Part shown: positions 51,215 to 61,030 of the stretch, in pieces
How the letters are laid out: each line of letters opens with the position of its first letter
Numbering within the stretch: the stretch's first letter is position 1
NCBI GenBank assembly: GCA_016718035.1
Contig: JADKEK010000001.1
Location: 961,233 to 1,025,232, forward strand
DNA from: Bacteroidota bacterium
GTDB lineage: Bacteria > Bacteroidota > Bacteroidia > Chitinophagales > BACL12
Direction of reading: 5' to 3'
DNA: 64,000 nt
Notes under the pieces: generated by a model
Database searches by the model: none
Seen by the model: the letters and a program-made list of their open reading frames with translations, nothing else
What the model was told of the DNA's origin: nothing
Position numbers and translations under genes: made by a program

Positions 51215-51526
51215 TCATTGATCTTCCAACTTCAGTTCTTCTCGGCGTTGTTTTATCAATTCATTTACAATTAAGGTATCACCTTCGAGGTCAGATGTTA
51301 CGGTTAATAATAATTGTTTCTTTTTATTTTCATAAAAGAATATTTCTTGGCCAATTTTTAATGAAACACCACTGTTGGAAAATGGGGAAAGGTTGGGGTT
51401 CATTACAGATGGAATATTGAGTGGAATTGATTTTGCGCTGTTGTTGCGAAGTGTAAATGAAGTATAATCTTTAGGGGATGAAGTAATGAGCATTAAACTC
51501 AGGAAGGTGGCGATTACTATTTGCAT
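51215..51526 (-). CDS. Small secreted hypothetical protein
   Basis: 103-aa ORF with an N-terminal hydrophobic segment (MQIVIATFLSLMLITSS). I recognise no motif. Confidence 0.5.
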   Translation of the reverse strand: MQIVIATFLSLMLITSSPKDYTSFTLRNNSAKSIPLNIPSVMNPNLSPFSNSGVSLKIGQEIFFYENKKKQLLLTVTSDLEGDTLIVNELIKQRREELKLEDQ

Positions 51527-51603
51527 AATTAAGATTTGTTATAAAACATGAAGTGTTGTGAATTGTTCAAATAGATTTTTAGCGCGAGGTTATAATTGGG
51601 ATA

Positions 51604-52017
51604 TAGTGGTTAGAATGTAATTTGGATGACCAGCCGAAACCACGGAGGAAATGCAAAGGAAACAGCCCACGGAGAACGCAAAGTTTTTATGGTGTGTATT
51701 AAACAGCGTCTTGGAATGGTGCTGCGGAATAGGTGATTTTACAAAGAAGGTAGTGGTTGGAATGTAATTTGGATGAACAGCCGAAACCACGGAGGAAATG
51801 CAGAAGGAACAGCCCATGGAGGGCACAGAGTTTTTTTATGGTGTGTATTAAATAGCGTGTTGGAGTGGTGCTGCGGAATTAGAGATTTTGTTGAGCCGGT
51901 TTTTTATGGTGTGCGTCGGACAGAGTACTAAGTAAGGTGCTGCAGAATCAGAGATTTTGCAGAGCAACCATCAACAATATCTCAAAATTAAATTTCATCT
52001 CAAATTCGGCTGTTTCC
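51604..52017. repeat. Interspersed intergenic repeat, locus D: two tandem copies plus a partial copy and the right terminus
   Basis: tagtggtt(a/g)gaatgtaatttggatga(c/a)cagccgaaaccacggaggaaatgca... starts at 51604 and 51751, a period of 147 bp. A partial third copy lies at about 51900-51967 (tttttatggtgtgcgtcggacagag...gattttgcagagcaa). The terminus ttcggctgtt is at 52005-52014. The 51590..51826 ORF lies across the copies and is rejected. Confidence 0.8.
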
Positions 52018-52166
52018 GCCCCGGCGGACGGTTCGCGCATTGGTATCCACTAACGCGGACGCTTCGCGCATCGGTACATTGGTACATCAAAGGGCTGTTC
52101 AATTAGCACATCAACGAATTAGCACATCAGCACATTAATCCGCCCCAGCGGACGCTACGCGCATCA
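52018..52166. repeat. Cluster of short direct repeats immediately downstream of the parC stop
   Basis: gcggacg(g/c)t(t/a)cgcgcat(t/c) occurs at 52024, 52054 and 52148, and the last copy touches the parC stop codon at 52164-52166. Nearby motifs are (a)ttagcacatca x2, gcacatta, and cattggta / catcggtacattggtacatc. Confidence 0.75.
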
Positions 52167-54818
52167 AAAAAGCTTCGTCTGCTCCCCTTTATCCTTCCCC
52201 TTTTTTTCCTCTAAATCCCACTCCATTTGAGTGCCAATTTTTACATTCGATTTTTGGGTTTCGGGTTGAGATGATGATTCATCGTCAGTTGTTTCCCCTT
52301 TTTTTCCGGTTACTTTTTTGATTTCGTACTGACTCAATCTGTTGCCCTGACTTTTCCATCCTTTTATGTCGATGAAGTCAGCCACCTCAATTAATTCGGT
52401 AACCTCCTCTCCTTTTCTTCCTTTTACCAATACTAATTCTAAAACCGGGAATGGATGATTGGTTGCATAATATAATTTGGAACCTGGTGATTCGGAAATG
52501 AATAAATATTTTTTATCAGGAACAATCGCTTCTATGTAAAAACGTTTTACATACATGTTTTTTTGAGCATTGTCCCAATAAGCTGCAGAAATTACATCGT
52601 TCTCATTAAATTTCTCCACCATCATTACATCTCTCATCTCAAAACGATTGCTCAGTTCGAAATTCGTCAGCTCATAATTACCATCTTTGTAAACAACAAT
52701 AATATTATCTCCGGTATCAAATTCCCCAAGATATCTTCCTCTAGAATCAATATTTAATCTGCCCACAGTTTCATCCAGCCAGATTTTTCTTCCACCTAAA
52801 GTTGAAGTTCCGCGTTCTTTTTGGACTGCTTTTCGCAATGCATATTTGGTAACGGTATTCCCCATGCTGGAGCGCCCTTTTACAGCGAGTTCACCAAAAT
52901 CGAAATCGAATATTTTTATTTTGGCCTTAGCATTTGGGTGCAACTGAATATTGATAACTTCACTTTCGCTATTCGGATTGGCAGAAAAATACCATACTTT
53001 ACTTTTCGGATTGCCTTGAGTAAGGTCGTATTCTTTATCACGAGTAATGGCTGTAACATTAAATCGTTTTGCAAAAGCTTTTCCTGTTTTGCTATCGGAA
53101 TACAACATATGATAAGTCATACGTTCATCTTCTTTTTTCCAGACAGCAGCGTATAATATTTTTTTACCGATAAATACTTTATCCGCAATTCGCACCACTT
53201 TCATTTTACCATCATCAGTAAATGCGATAATATCATCTATATCGGAACAATCACAAATAAATTCATCTTTCTTCAAACCGAAACCGACAAAACCCTCTTC
53301 CCTGTTGACATACAGCTTAGCATTGTTGGCAACAACCGCTTTGGCTTCAATGGTATCGAATTTGCGGATTTCCGATTTACGTTCGCGACCTTTGCCGTAT
53401 TTTTTTAATAAATCTTCAAAATATTTTATCGCATAATCGGTGAGGTGACGAAGATTGTGTTTCACTTCTTTCATCTCATTTTCCAGTGCTCTTATATATT
53501 CATCCGCTTTAAATGCATCGAATTTGGAAATGCGTTTGATTTTAATTTCAGTAAGTCGAACAATATCTTCTTCAGTAACCTCACGCACCAACAATTTTTT
53601 AAATGGATTTAATCCTTTGTCGATGGTTTTAATTACCGCTTCCCAGGTTTCACATTCTTCAATGTCGCGGTAAATTCTATTTTCAATAAATATTTTTTCC
53701 AAAGAACTGAAATGCCATTTTTCGTTTAATTCGGCAAGTCGCAATTCCAGCTCCAGTTTAAGGAGGTTTTTCGTATTTTTTGTAGAACGGCGAAGAATTT
53801 CATCTACCGTTAAAAATAATGGTGTATCATCTTCAATAACACATGTAGACGGAGAAATAGAAATTTCACAATCGGTAAATGCATACAAGGCATCTACAGT
53901 AACATCAGGCGAAACCCCTGCTGCTAATTCGATGGCAATTTCAACATTTGCCGCTGTATTATCCGTTACTTTTTTAATTTTTATTTTCCCTTTGTCGTTG
54001 GCTTTAATAATAGAATCAATTAACGACGAAGTGGTGGTACCATATGGTATTTCTTTAATTAAAATTGTTTTTTTATCCGCCACTTCCATTTTTGCGCGGC
54101 AACGAATTTTGCTTCCTCTTTCTGCACTATTGTAATCGGTAACATCAATAAAACCGCCGTTTGCAAAATCAGGTAATATTTTTGTTGGATTGCCTTTGAG
54201 TACTTCTATACTCGCTAATATCAATTCACAAAAATTATGGGTAAGAATTTTAGTAGATAAACCAACAGCAATACCCTCAACACCCATGGCAAGCACCAAA
54301 GGAAATTTCACCGGCAAAAAAACAGGTTCTGCTTTTCTGCCATCGTAACTCAATTGCCATTCGGTAGTTTCTTTATTAAAAACAACTTCCAACGCAAATT
54401 TCGACAAACGTGCTTCGATATAACGAGGTGCAGCTGCATCATCACCGGTTCTTACATCACCCCAGTTACCCTGTGTTTCGATGAGCAAATCTTTTTGGCC
54501 CATATTCACAAGGGCATCACCAATTGCTGCATCACCATGTGGGTGATATTGCATGGTTTGACCAATCACGTTGGCTACCTTGTGGAAACGACCGTCGTCC
54601 ATTTCGCGCATGGCATGCAGGATGCGGCGCTGAACGGGTTTTACCCCATCGCGGATATCGGGCACGGCACGTTCCAGGATGACATAACTCGCGTAGTCGA
54701 GAAACCAATCCTTATACATGCCTGAAACATGCGTTACACTCGTTTTAACCTGCGCAGGAGTAATATTCTCCGATTTTTCTATTTCCTCTTCGTTGTTGTC
54801 TGTCTTCTTCTTTGCCAT
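52164..54818 (-). CDS. parC: DNA topoisomerase IV subunit A
   Basis: I chose the start at MAKKKTDNNEEE. WFLDYASYVILERAVPDIRDGVKPVQRRILHAM is present, along with QYHPHGD and the active-site region (APRYIEARL). No GyrA-box was seen, and the ~885-aa length is typical of Bacteroidota ParC. Confidence 0.85.
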   Translation of the reverse strand: MAKKKTDNNEEEIEKSENITPAQVKTSVTHVSGMYKDWFLDYASYVILERAVPDIRDGVKPVQRRILHAMREMDDGRFHKVANVIGQTMQYHPHGDAAIGDALVNMGQKDLLIETQGNWGDVRTGDDAAAPRYIEARLSKFALEVVFNKETTEWQLSYDGRKAEPVFLPVKFPLVLAMGVEGIAVGLSTKILTHNFCELILASIEVLKGNPTKILPDFANGGFIDVTDYNSAERGSKIRCRAKMEVADKKTILIKEIPYGTTTSSLIDSIIKANDKGKIKIKKVTDNTAANVEIAIELAAGVSPDVTVDALYAFTDCEISISPSTCVIEDDTPLFLTVDEILRRSTKNTKNLLKLELELRLAELNEKWHFSSLEKIFIENRIYRDIEECETWEAVIKTIDKGLNPFKKLLVREVTEEDIVRLTEIKIKRISKFDAFKADEYIRALENEMKEVKHNLRHLTDYAIKYFEDLLKKYGKGRERKSEIRKFDTIEAKAVVANNAKLYVNREEGFVGFGLKKDEFICDCSDIDDIIAFTDDGKMKVVRIADKVFIGKKILYAAVWKKEDERMTYHMLYSDSKTGKAFAKRFNVTAITRDKEYDLTQGNPKSKVWYFSANPNSESEVINIQLHPNAKAKIKIFDFDFGELAVKGRSSMGNTVTKYALRKAVQKERGTSTLGGRKIWLDETVGRLNIDSRGRYLGEFDTGDNIIVVYKDGNYELTNFELSNRFEMRDVMMVEKFNENDVISAAYWDNAQKNMYVKRFYIEAIVPDKKYLFISESPGSKLYYATNHPFPVLELVLVKGRKGEEVTELIEVADFIDIKGWKSQGNRLSQYEIKKVTGKKGETTDDESSSQPETQKSNVKIGTQMEWDLEEKKGKDKGEQTKLF

Positions 54819-54937
54819 TGCAATTAACGTAAACCCCAAAAGTAAACATTAGTAACAGAGCCTAAACCACAAGTTTTCCACGTTATTTTTTGCACATGTA
54901 GGCTGGATTAAGTAACTTAACGTAGAAAATTTACCTT

Positions 54938-56083
54938 ATGCGCAAACTCACTGCCTACTCTACCTCAGCTGCTGCATTTATTGCCCTAACCAATGCCGCT
55001 CAGGGGCAAATTGTTTACCAAAACATAGATCCAGATTTGGTGACTGATGATGAACGTATTTTTTTAGATGTAAATGCTGATGGAGAATTTGACATTTGGT
55101 TCGATTTATTTCACAGTGGATTTTTTGGTGCTCAATACACCTCTGCCTATGCAGGCAATCAAAATCCTTATGTGCAACTGGCTACCAACGGATTATTGCC
55201 CGGTGCTCAGGGTTTAAAGAATTTTGCGGAAGGTGAAATAATTGACAGCGCCGCCAACTGGGAAACACCTGCGCCGTTTTTTGGCGATTTATTAGGGAGA
55301 TTATTGTTTTTCGATTATTACAGTTGTGAAGATATGCTGGTATATTTTCCCTACGGTGAATTTGTGGATGTCAGCAATGGGATTTTGGCATTCAAGATCG
55401 AAGATGCCGGTGAAAATTATTACGGATGGGTGCGACTTAGTGTACCACAATCTCCTGTGTGCCCCTTGCCCTTATATGATGCGCTCACCATTGTTGTGCA
55501 TGATTATGCCATTCAAAATACGCCAAACGCACCAATAGCAGCCGGAATGGTGGGTTGCGACACGCCTGAAAATCCTGATGCAGAAGCTGCGGCAACTGCT
55601 ATTAAGGTAAGCTGGGATGCAGCAGACGGAGCAACAGAATATAAAATTCAATATCGCCCTGTTGGAGCACTTTCATGGGAAACAAAAACTGCATTGGCTC
55701 CCAAAACGGCACGCATTATAAAAGGTTTGGATTGTAATACCACTTATGAATATCAAATCGCAAGTATTTGTGATGGGATTGTTTCAGCTTTTACTTCTAT
55801 TCAAACAATTTCTACCATTGATTGTAAAATTGGGGACATGCCGTTGACAGCATCATTGTTGATTTATCCAAATCCTGCAACAAATGTTATTACAATAAAT
55901 ATTGATGAGGATATTGTGGCGTATAATATTTCGGTAACGGACTTACAAGGTAATAAAGTGTTACAACGCAATTTGACAACAAACAGCATGGCTATCGATA
56001 TTTCAGAGCTTGCAAACGGCACCTACCTCATAATAGCACAAACTTCGGAAGGCCTGCAACATGCTTATTTTGTGAAACAATAA
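54938..56083 (+). CDS. T9SS-secreted protein: unknown N-terminal domain + FN3-like module + type-A CTD (paralog of 476..1630)
   Basis: 381 aa with a signal peptide. It has QIVYQNIDPDLV...DVNADGEFDIWF...YYGWVRLSV, an FN3-like module (IKVSWDAADGATEYKIQYRPVG...YEYQIASIC) and a CTD (IYPNPATNVITINI...GTYLIIA). Confidence 0.85.
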   Translation: MRKLTAYSTSAAAFIALTNAAQGQIVYQNIDPDLVTDDERIFLDVNADGEFDIWFDLFHSGFFGAQYTSAYAGNQNPYVQLATNGLLPGAQGLKNFAEGEIIDSAANWETPAPFFGDLLGRLLFFDYYSCEDMLVYFPYGEFVDVSNGILAFKIEDAGENYYGWVRLSVPQSPVCPLPLYDALTIVVHDYAIQNTPNAPIAAGMVGCDTPENPDAEAAATAIKVSWDAADGATEYKIQYRPVGALSWETKTALAPKTARIIKGLDCNTTYEYQIASICDGIVSAFTSIQTISTIDCKIGDMPLTASLLIYPNPATNVITINIDEDIVAYNISVTDLQGNKVLQRNLTTNSMAIDISELANGTYLIIAQTSEGLQHAYFVKQ

Positions 56084-56251
56084 GCGTTTTAGCTAAACTG
56101 TTATCCCTACCATCAGCGTGATTAACTGTTTCTTTAATAAAAAAATTAGTTGCAACCCAACCCCGGCATATTAATCTTCGTGTAGGTTATTGAAAGCAAA
56201 TATTACGATTACCGCTTTCAACTATTTAATTAACCTTTAAATTTCAACACG

Positions 56252-56542
56252 ATGAACAGTAAACTGAGCAAGCTGTATGTTGTCCTTTTTCTCCTCTTAG
56301 GTTTTGCCTATGCGTCATGCGGTGATTTCCCATTTGGAGGATTTGATGATGTAGACCCCGATGTAACAGACACCATTTTTGATGACCCTACTGATTCGAT
56401 TTGGGTTGACGATGAAGATACCACTGGAATAGACTGGCCGGATGATTCAACGGATATCGATTGGCCGGAAGACACCATCGACTGGCCTGAGGATTCTATA
56501 TACTGGCCTGAAGATTCGGTTTATGAAGATTCAATTCCGTAA
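56252..56542 (+). CDS. Small acidic lipoprotein with DWP(E/D)D repeats
   Basis: 96 aa with a lipoprotein-type signal (LLLGFAYASCGDF). The mature part is extremely acidic, with the reiterated motif IDWPDDSTDIDWPEDTIDWPEDSIYWPEDSVYEDS. Confidence 0.6.
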   Translation: MNSKLSKLYVVLFLLLGFAYASCGDFPFGGFDDVDPDVTDTIFDDPTDSIWVDDEDTTGIDWPDDSTDIDWPEDTIDWPEDSIYWPEDSVYEDSIP

Positions 56543-56554
56543 ATGCTGATAGGT

Positions 56555-56590
56555 TCCATCCTGTGCAAATTGTGCAGGATGGATTTTGTA
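56555..56590 (+). terminator. Rho-independent terminator after 56252..56542
   Basis: Stem tccatcctg(t)gca / tgcaggatgga followed by ttttgtattt. Confidence 0.65.
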
Positions 56591-56704
56591 TTTACACTAA
56601 TCATACATTGCTCAAGTTAAAAAATCGTGCACACCATAAAACAAATTCATAATGAGCGTATAACTTTACCAATTAAAGACAACACATTTGTCTGTAGTCA
56701 TAAC

Positions 56705-57256
56705 ATGGGCATAACGCCGGAATTATTAACCAAATCAGCAACGGGGAATAAACAAGCCCAATATTTATTATACAAGCAGAGTTATAGCTTGTTGATGAGT
56801 ATATGTGCTCGTTATGTCAAAAATTTTGATGATGCTATGGCTTTGCTGAATGAAGGTTTTCTAAAAATTTTACTACACGCCGATAAGCGCAAAAGCAACG
56901 TGCCGCCAGAGTTGTGGATGCGCCGTATAATGATTAATACCATTATTGATGCGTATAGAAAAAACAAACAATATAAAGAGCAAACTCAATTACAGGATTT
57001 TTCCGATCAAACTTTTGGAGATGTAAATAACGACTCCACCGAAAATGAATATGAACACCATATTCAAAGTGAAACATTACAACACATGTTGAATAAATTA
57101 CCTGAAGTAACCGGTAAGGTATTTAACCTTTTTGCTATTGATGGGTTTACCCATAAAGAAATTGCTGAAATGCTTCAAATGAGCGAAGGCACCAGCAAAT
57201 GGCATGTAAACAATGCCCGAACATTATTAAAACAAATGATAAACGAACTTGATTAA
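56705..57256 (+). CDS. ECF-type RNA polymerase sigma factor
   Basis: The ORF-track frame opens at 56627 with GTG. I prefer the ATG at 56705, giving 183 aa. Region 2 is LYKQSYSLLMSICARYVKNFDDAMALLNEGFLKI. Region 4 is FNLFAIDGFTHKEIAEMLQMSEGTSKWHVNNARTLLK. Confidence 0.85.
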   Translation: MGITPELLTKSATGNKQAQYLLYKQSYSLLMSICARYVKNFDDAMALLNEGFLKILLHADKRKSNVPPELWMRRIMINTIIDAYRKNKQYKEQTQLQDFSDQTFGDVNNDSTENEYEHHIQSETLQHMLNKLPEVTGKVFNLFAIDGFTHKEIAEMLQMSEGTSKWHVNNARTLLKQMINELD

Positions 57257-57267
57257 GTTTTTACGTT

Positions 57268-58875
57268 ATGTCAGATAAAAGGAACGATAACAACAAGCAA
57301 AATCCGATAGACAAAGTCTTTCGCGATGGTTTGCACGACCGTCCTTTTGAGTTTGATGAAAAATACTGGGAACAGGCACAAGGCACACTCAGTCAGTTTG
57401 ATCAACTTAAAAAAAGCGGTAAAGGTGGCAACAGAGGTCTTTTCTGGATGCTTGGCGGAGCTCTTTTAGTTATCGGCTTTTTAGCCTGGTTTTTATTAAA
57501 ACCGGAAACACAACCTATTGCATCAACAACATCAAATAATCAACAAAAAGAAGAAATAACAACTGAAAATAAAACGACAGAAAATGTAATTGCGGAGAAA
57601 GCAGAATTACCACAACAACAGCAATCTCCTGTAATAAGTTCCCAAAATGATGAAAAAATTGAAAATAAATCACAAGTAGCTGACAATCAATCAGATAAAA
57701 TTGAAAATAAACAGCAAATTGCTGACAAGCAGTCCAAAAATGAGGGTTCTAAGGGGAAGAAAGACAATCAGAACCCACCGGCAAATACAGGTTCCAAAAA
57801 CAGTAATAAGGCAACAGACAATAACGATAAAACAACTGCTGCTAATAATACAACAAGTGATCGTGCATCGAAACAAATTGATGTAAAACCCGAGGATAAG
57901 TTGGCATCAAACAACGATGTTGTACGAAAAAATGAAAATCAATCTATCGACCAAAATTTAGCCAACAATGAAGTAACACCGAAGGAGGATATAATTAATA
58001 ATGAAAACGAAAAAGCAGATGCAGGTGATGCCGCTAATAATAATTCCAATGATATTACTGCTGAAGAAAAAGCAATTATATCAATTGACAGCAATCAGAT
58101 TACTACTTTAGAGAAATCAGATAGTACACAAAACAATGTTTCAACATCCAATAAAACACTTCCTAAAAAGTCGACCAACATTGATTTAAACTGGTATGGT
58201 GCTTTAAGTTTCGGTGCTGATTTTACGTCTACTGCTTTATCAAGTACCAATCCTTCATTAACCGATTGGGTTAATTATCGCACTGCAGGAGAAACATTAA
58301 TTCCTACATTGGGGGTTTCATTCGAAGCGGGATTAAATATTAAACAATTTACCGTTGGCACCGGATTTAATTTGTATAATTATTCGAGTGAAGCTGATTA
58401 TCAATTCACCACCATTACTGTTGACACTATTGTAGAATACATTTATGATACTTTAATGGTTGAAATAATTGATTCGTTTTACATTATATCTAATGATACA
58501 GTTGAACAAAATTTTAGTGGGAATAACACCTTAAGTTATTGGGAGATTCCATTATTGGTTGGCTATCAGTTCAAAGCAGGCAATTGGCGTTTTGGATTAA
58601 GCACAGGTCCGTCGTTTGCGCAATTAAGCAACACCAAAATCACCTATCCGAATTATAGTCTGCAAACAACAGAAACTTTGCAACCTGATTATTTCAAAAA
58701 CAGTTATTTTAACTGGATAGCCAAACCATCGGTTACTTATATGTTTACCGACAATATTGGTTTTGGGATAAATGGTATGTTCAGATGGAATTTAGGCTCA
58801 ATTGTAGAGAATGCGGACATCCAACAACAATATTCAGGATATGGCATACAGGTTGGTTTGCGCGTTGAATTTTAA
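57268..58875 (+). CDS. Membrane-anchored protein with long N/K/Q/S-rich linker and C-terminal OM beta-barrel-like domain (possible anti-sigma partner)
   Basis: 535 aa, starting 12 nt after the sigma gene. It has a ~55-aa cytoplasmic-looking head, one TM helix (LFWMLGGALLVIGFLAWFLL) and ~230 aa of low complexity. The C-terminal ~230 aa have alternating strands and end YGIQVGLRVEF. Confidence 0.7.
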   Translation: MSDKRNDNNKQNPIDKVFRDGLHDRPFEFDEKYWEQAQGTLSQFDQLKKSGKGGNRGLFWMLGGALLVIGFLAWFLLKPETQPIASTTSNNQQKEEITTENKTTENVIAEKAELPQQQQSPVISSQNDEKIENKSQVADNQSDKIENKQQIADKQSKNEGSKGKKDNQNPPANTGSKNSNKATDNNDKTTAANNTTSDRASKQIDVKPEDKLASNNDVVRKNENQSIDQNLANNEVTPKEDIINNENEKADAGDAANNNSNDITAEEKAIISIDSNQITTLEKSDSTQNNVSTSNKTLPKKSTNIDLNWYGALSFGADFTSTALSSTNPSLTDWVNYRTAGETLIPTLGVSFEAGLNIKQFTVGTGFNLYNYSSEADYQFTTITVDTIVEYIYDTLMVEIIDSFYIISNDTVEQNFSGNNTLSYWEIPLLVGYQFKAGNWRFGLSTGPSFAQLSNTKITYPNYSLQTTETLQPDYFKNSYFNWIAKPSVTYMFTDNIGFGINGMFRWNLGSIVENADIQQQYSGYGIQVGLRVEF

Positions 58876-58938
58876 TAACGCATGGTGATGGCAAGCAAAA
58901 TAATTAACCGGAAAAGTAGTTAAGAAAAACACTGCAAA

Positions 58939-60814
58939 TTAAACTTCGGCTACTACTTCAGCTTCTTCAATTACATCCTTTTCTACGCGAAGGTTTTTAA
59001 TAATAAATCCCTGGCGTTCAGGTGTATTTTTTCCCATGTAATATTCTAAGGTGCTTTGAATAGTTTGTTCCTTCCCAATAATTACCGGCTCGAGACGAAT
59101 GCTTTCACCAATAAATCCGCTGAACTCATCTGGAGAAATTTCACCCAAACCTTTGAAGCGCGTAATTTCCGGCTTGTTACCCAATTGGTTAACAGCATTT
59201 TGTTTTTCCGTTTCAGAATAACAATAAATGGTAGATTTTTTATTGCGCACACGGAATAATGGGTGTTTGCAAAATATACACGTGACCATTTTTTACCAAA
59301 TCAGGGAAAAACTGTAAGAAGAAAGTGAGCAGTAATAAACGTATATGCATGCCATCCACATCGGCATCAGTTGCTATTACAATTTGGTTATAACGCAACC
59401 CTTCAATACCATCTTCAATATTGAGTGCATGTTGCAATAAATTAAATTCTTCGTTTTCATACACAATTTTTTTGGTAAGTCCGTATACATTAAGTGGCTT
59501 ACCTTTCAACGAAAACACAGCTTGTGTTTCTACATCGCGGGCCTTAGTAATACTACCACTGGCGCTATCCCCTTCTGTAATAAATAACGTAGAATTGATT
59601 GTTTTTTCGTGTTTATCTTCCCCTAAATGAAAGCGGCAATCGCGCAATTTTTTATTGTGCAAATTTGCTTTTTTGGCGCGTTCGTTCGCTAATTTTTTAA
59701 TACCGGCTATATCTTTCCTTTCGCGTTCATTTTGAAGGATACGTTTAAGTAACGCATCGGCTGTTGCGGTGTTTTTATGGAGGTAATTATCAAGTTCTTT
59801 TTTAATAAAATCTACTACAAAACTTTTAACCGTAATGCCATCAGGAGCAATATTAATAGAACCAAGTTTAGTTTTTGTTTGCGATTCAAATACTGGTTCC
59901 TGCACACGAATGGCTAAAGCGCCAACAATAGCCTGACGGATATCGGAAGCATCAAAATCTTTTTTGTAAAACTCACGCACTGTTTTCACAATACCTTCGC
60001 GGAAAGCGGCTAAATGTGTTCCACCCTGGGTGGTAAACTGTCCGTTTACAAACGAATAATATTCTTCACCATATTCATTATTATGTGTGAGCGACAATTC
60101 AATATCGTCCCCTTTTAAGTGAATAATCGGATAACGCAAATCATCTTCATTTGTTTTGCGTTTTAATAAATCGAGTAAGCCGTTTTGTGAGTAATATTTC
60201 TGACCGTTATAATGAATGGTTAAGCCGGCATTCAAAAACACATAATTCCACAACTGATTATCGAGGTATTCCGGAATAAAATGAAAGTTTTTAAAAATAG
60301 TATTGTCCGGAATAAATGTTACTAATGTGCCATCCTTTTGGTCCGATTTAGATATCGCATTGTCTTTTCGTAAAATGCCTTTTTCGAATTCAGCCATTTT
60401 CGTTTTTCCTTCGCGGAATGCTTCAACACGAAAATAGTGGCTAAGTGCATTAACCGCTTTGGTACCTACGCCATTTAACCCAACCGATTTTTGGAATGCA
60501 GCGGAATCGTATTTGGCACCTGTGTTCATCACGCTAACACATTCTATCACTTTTCCCAGCGGAATACCACGTCCGTAATCGCGAACGGTAACTTTATAAT
60601 CCTCAATTTCTACTTCAATTTTTTTGCCGTAACCCATCATGTATTCGTCGATGGCGTTATCGATAACCTCTTTTACAAGGATATAAATACCGTCATCTGG
60701 CGAAGAACCATCACCGAGTTTACCAATATACATCCCAGGACGCATGCGCATGTGCTCAATCCAGTCGAGGGTCCTGATATGATCTTCCGAATAATTATAA
60801 TTGGTAGTAGCCAT
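58939..60814 (-). pseudogene. parE: DNA topoisomerase IV subunit B, single frameshift near the C-terminal quarter
   Basis: I chose the start at [31 protein letters not shown]. The GHKL ATPase ([17 protein letters not shown]) and Toprim ([23 protein letters not shown]) motifs are present. The frame ends ...[15 protein letters not shown], while the next frame reads ...[18 protein letters not shown]...[13 protein letters not shown] 1-nt change near 59255-59262 (acaccca) would restore ILQTPLFRV. Confidence 0.85.
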
Positions 60815-61030
60815 GGGGCGAAAATAGGAGATTTGGGCAGCATATATCAAAGATGATATGCACATCCTCCGGTTTGTACGTAGTAAAACCGCAATCGATT
60901 CATCAGCCTCCTATCGTAGCCATGCCTGTAAAACTTACCTAAAAGTCAAACCCATCCACCCGCAAGGGTGTAAGGGTGAATAATCATTCACCCCGACGTG
61001 AAGTATAATAGTACTACCAACCACTCACCA

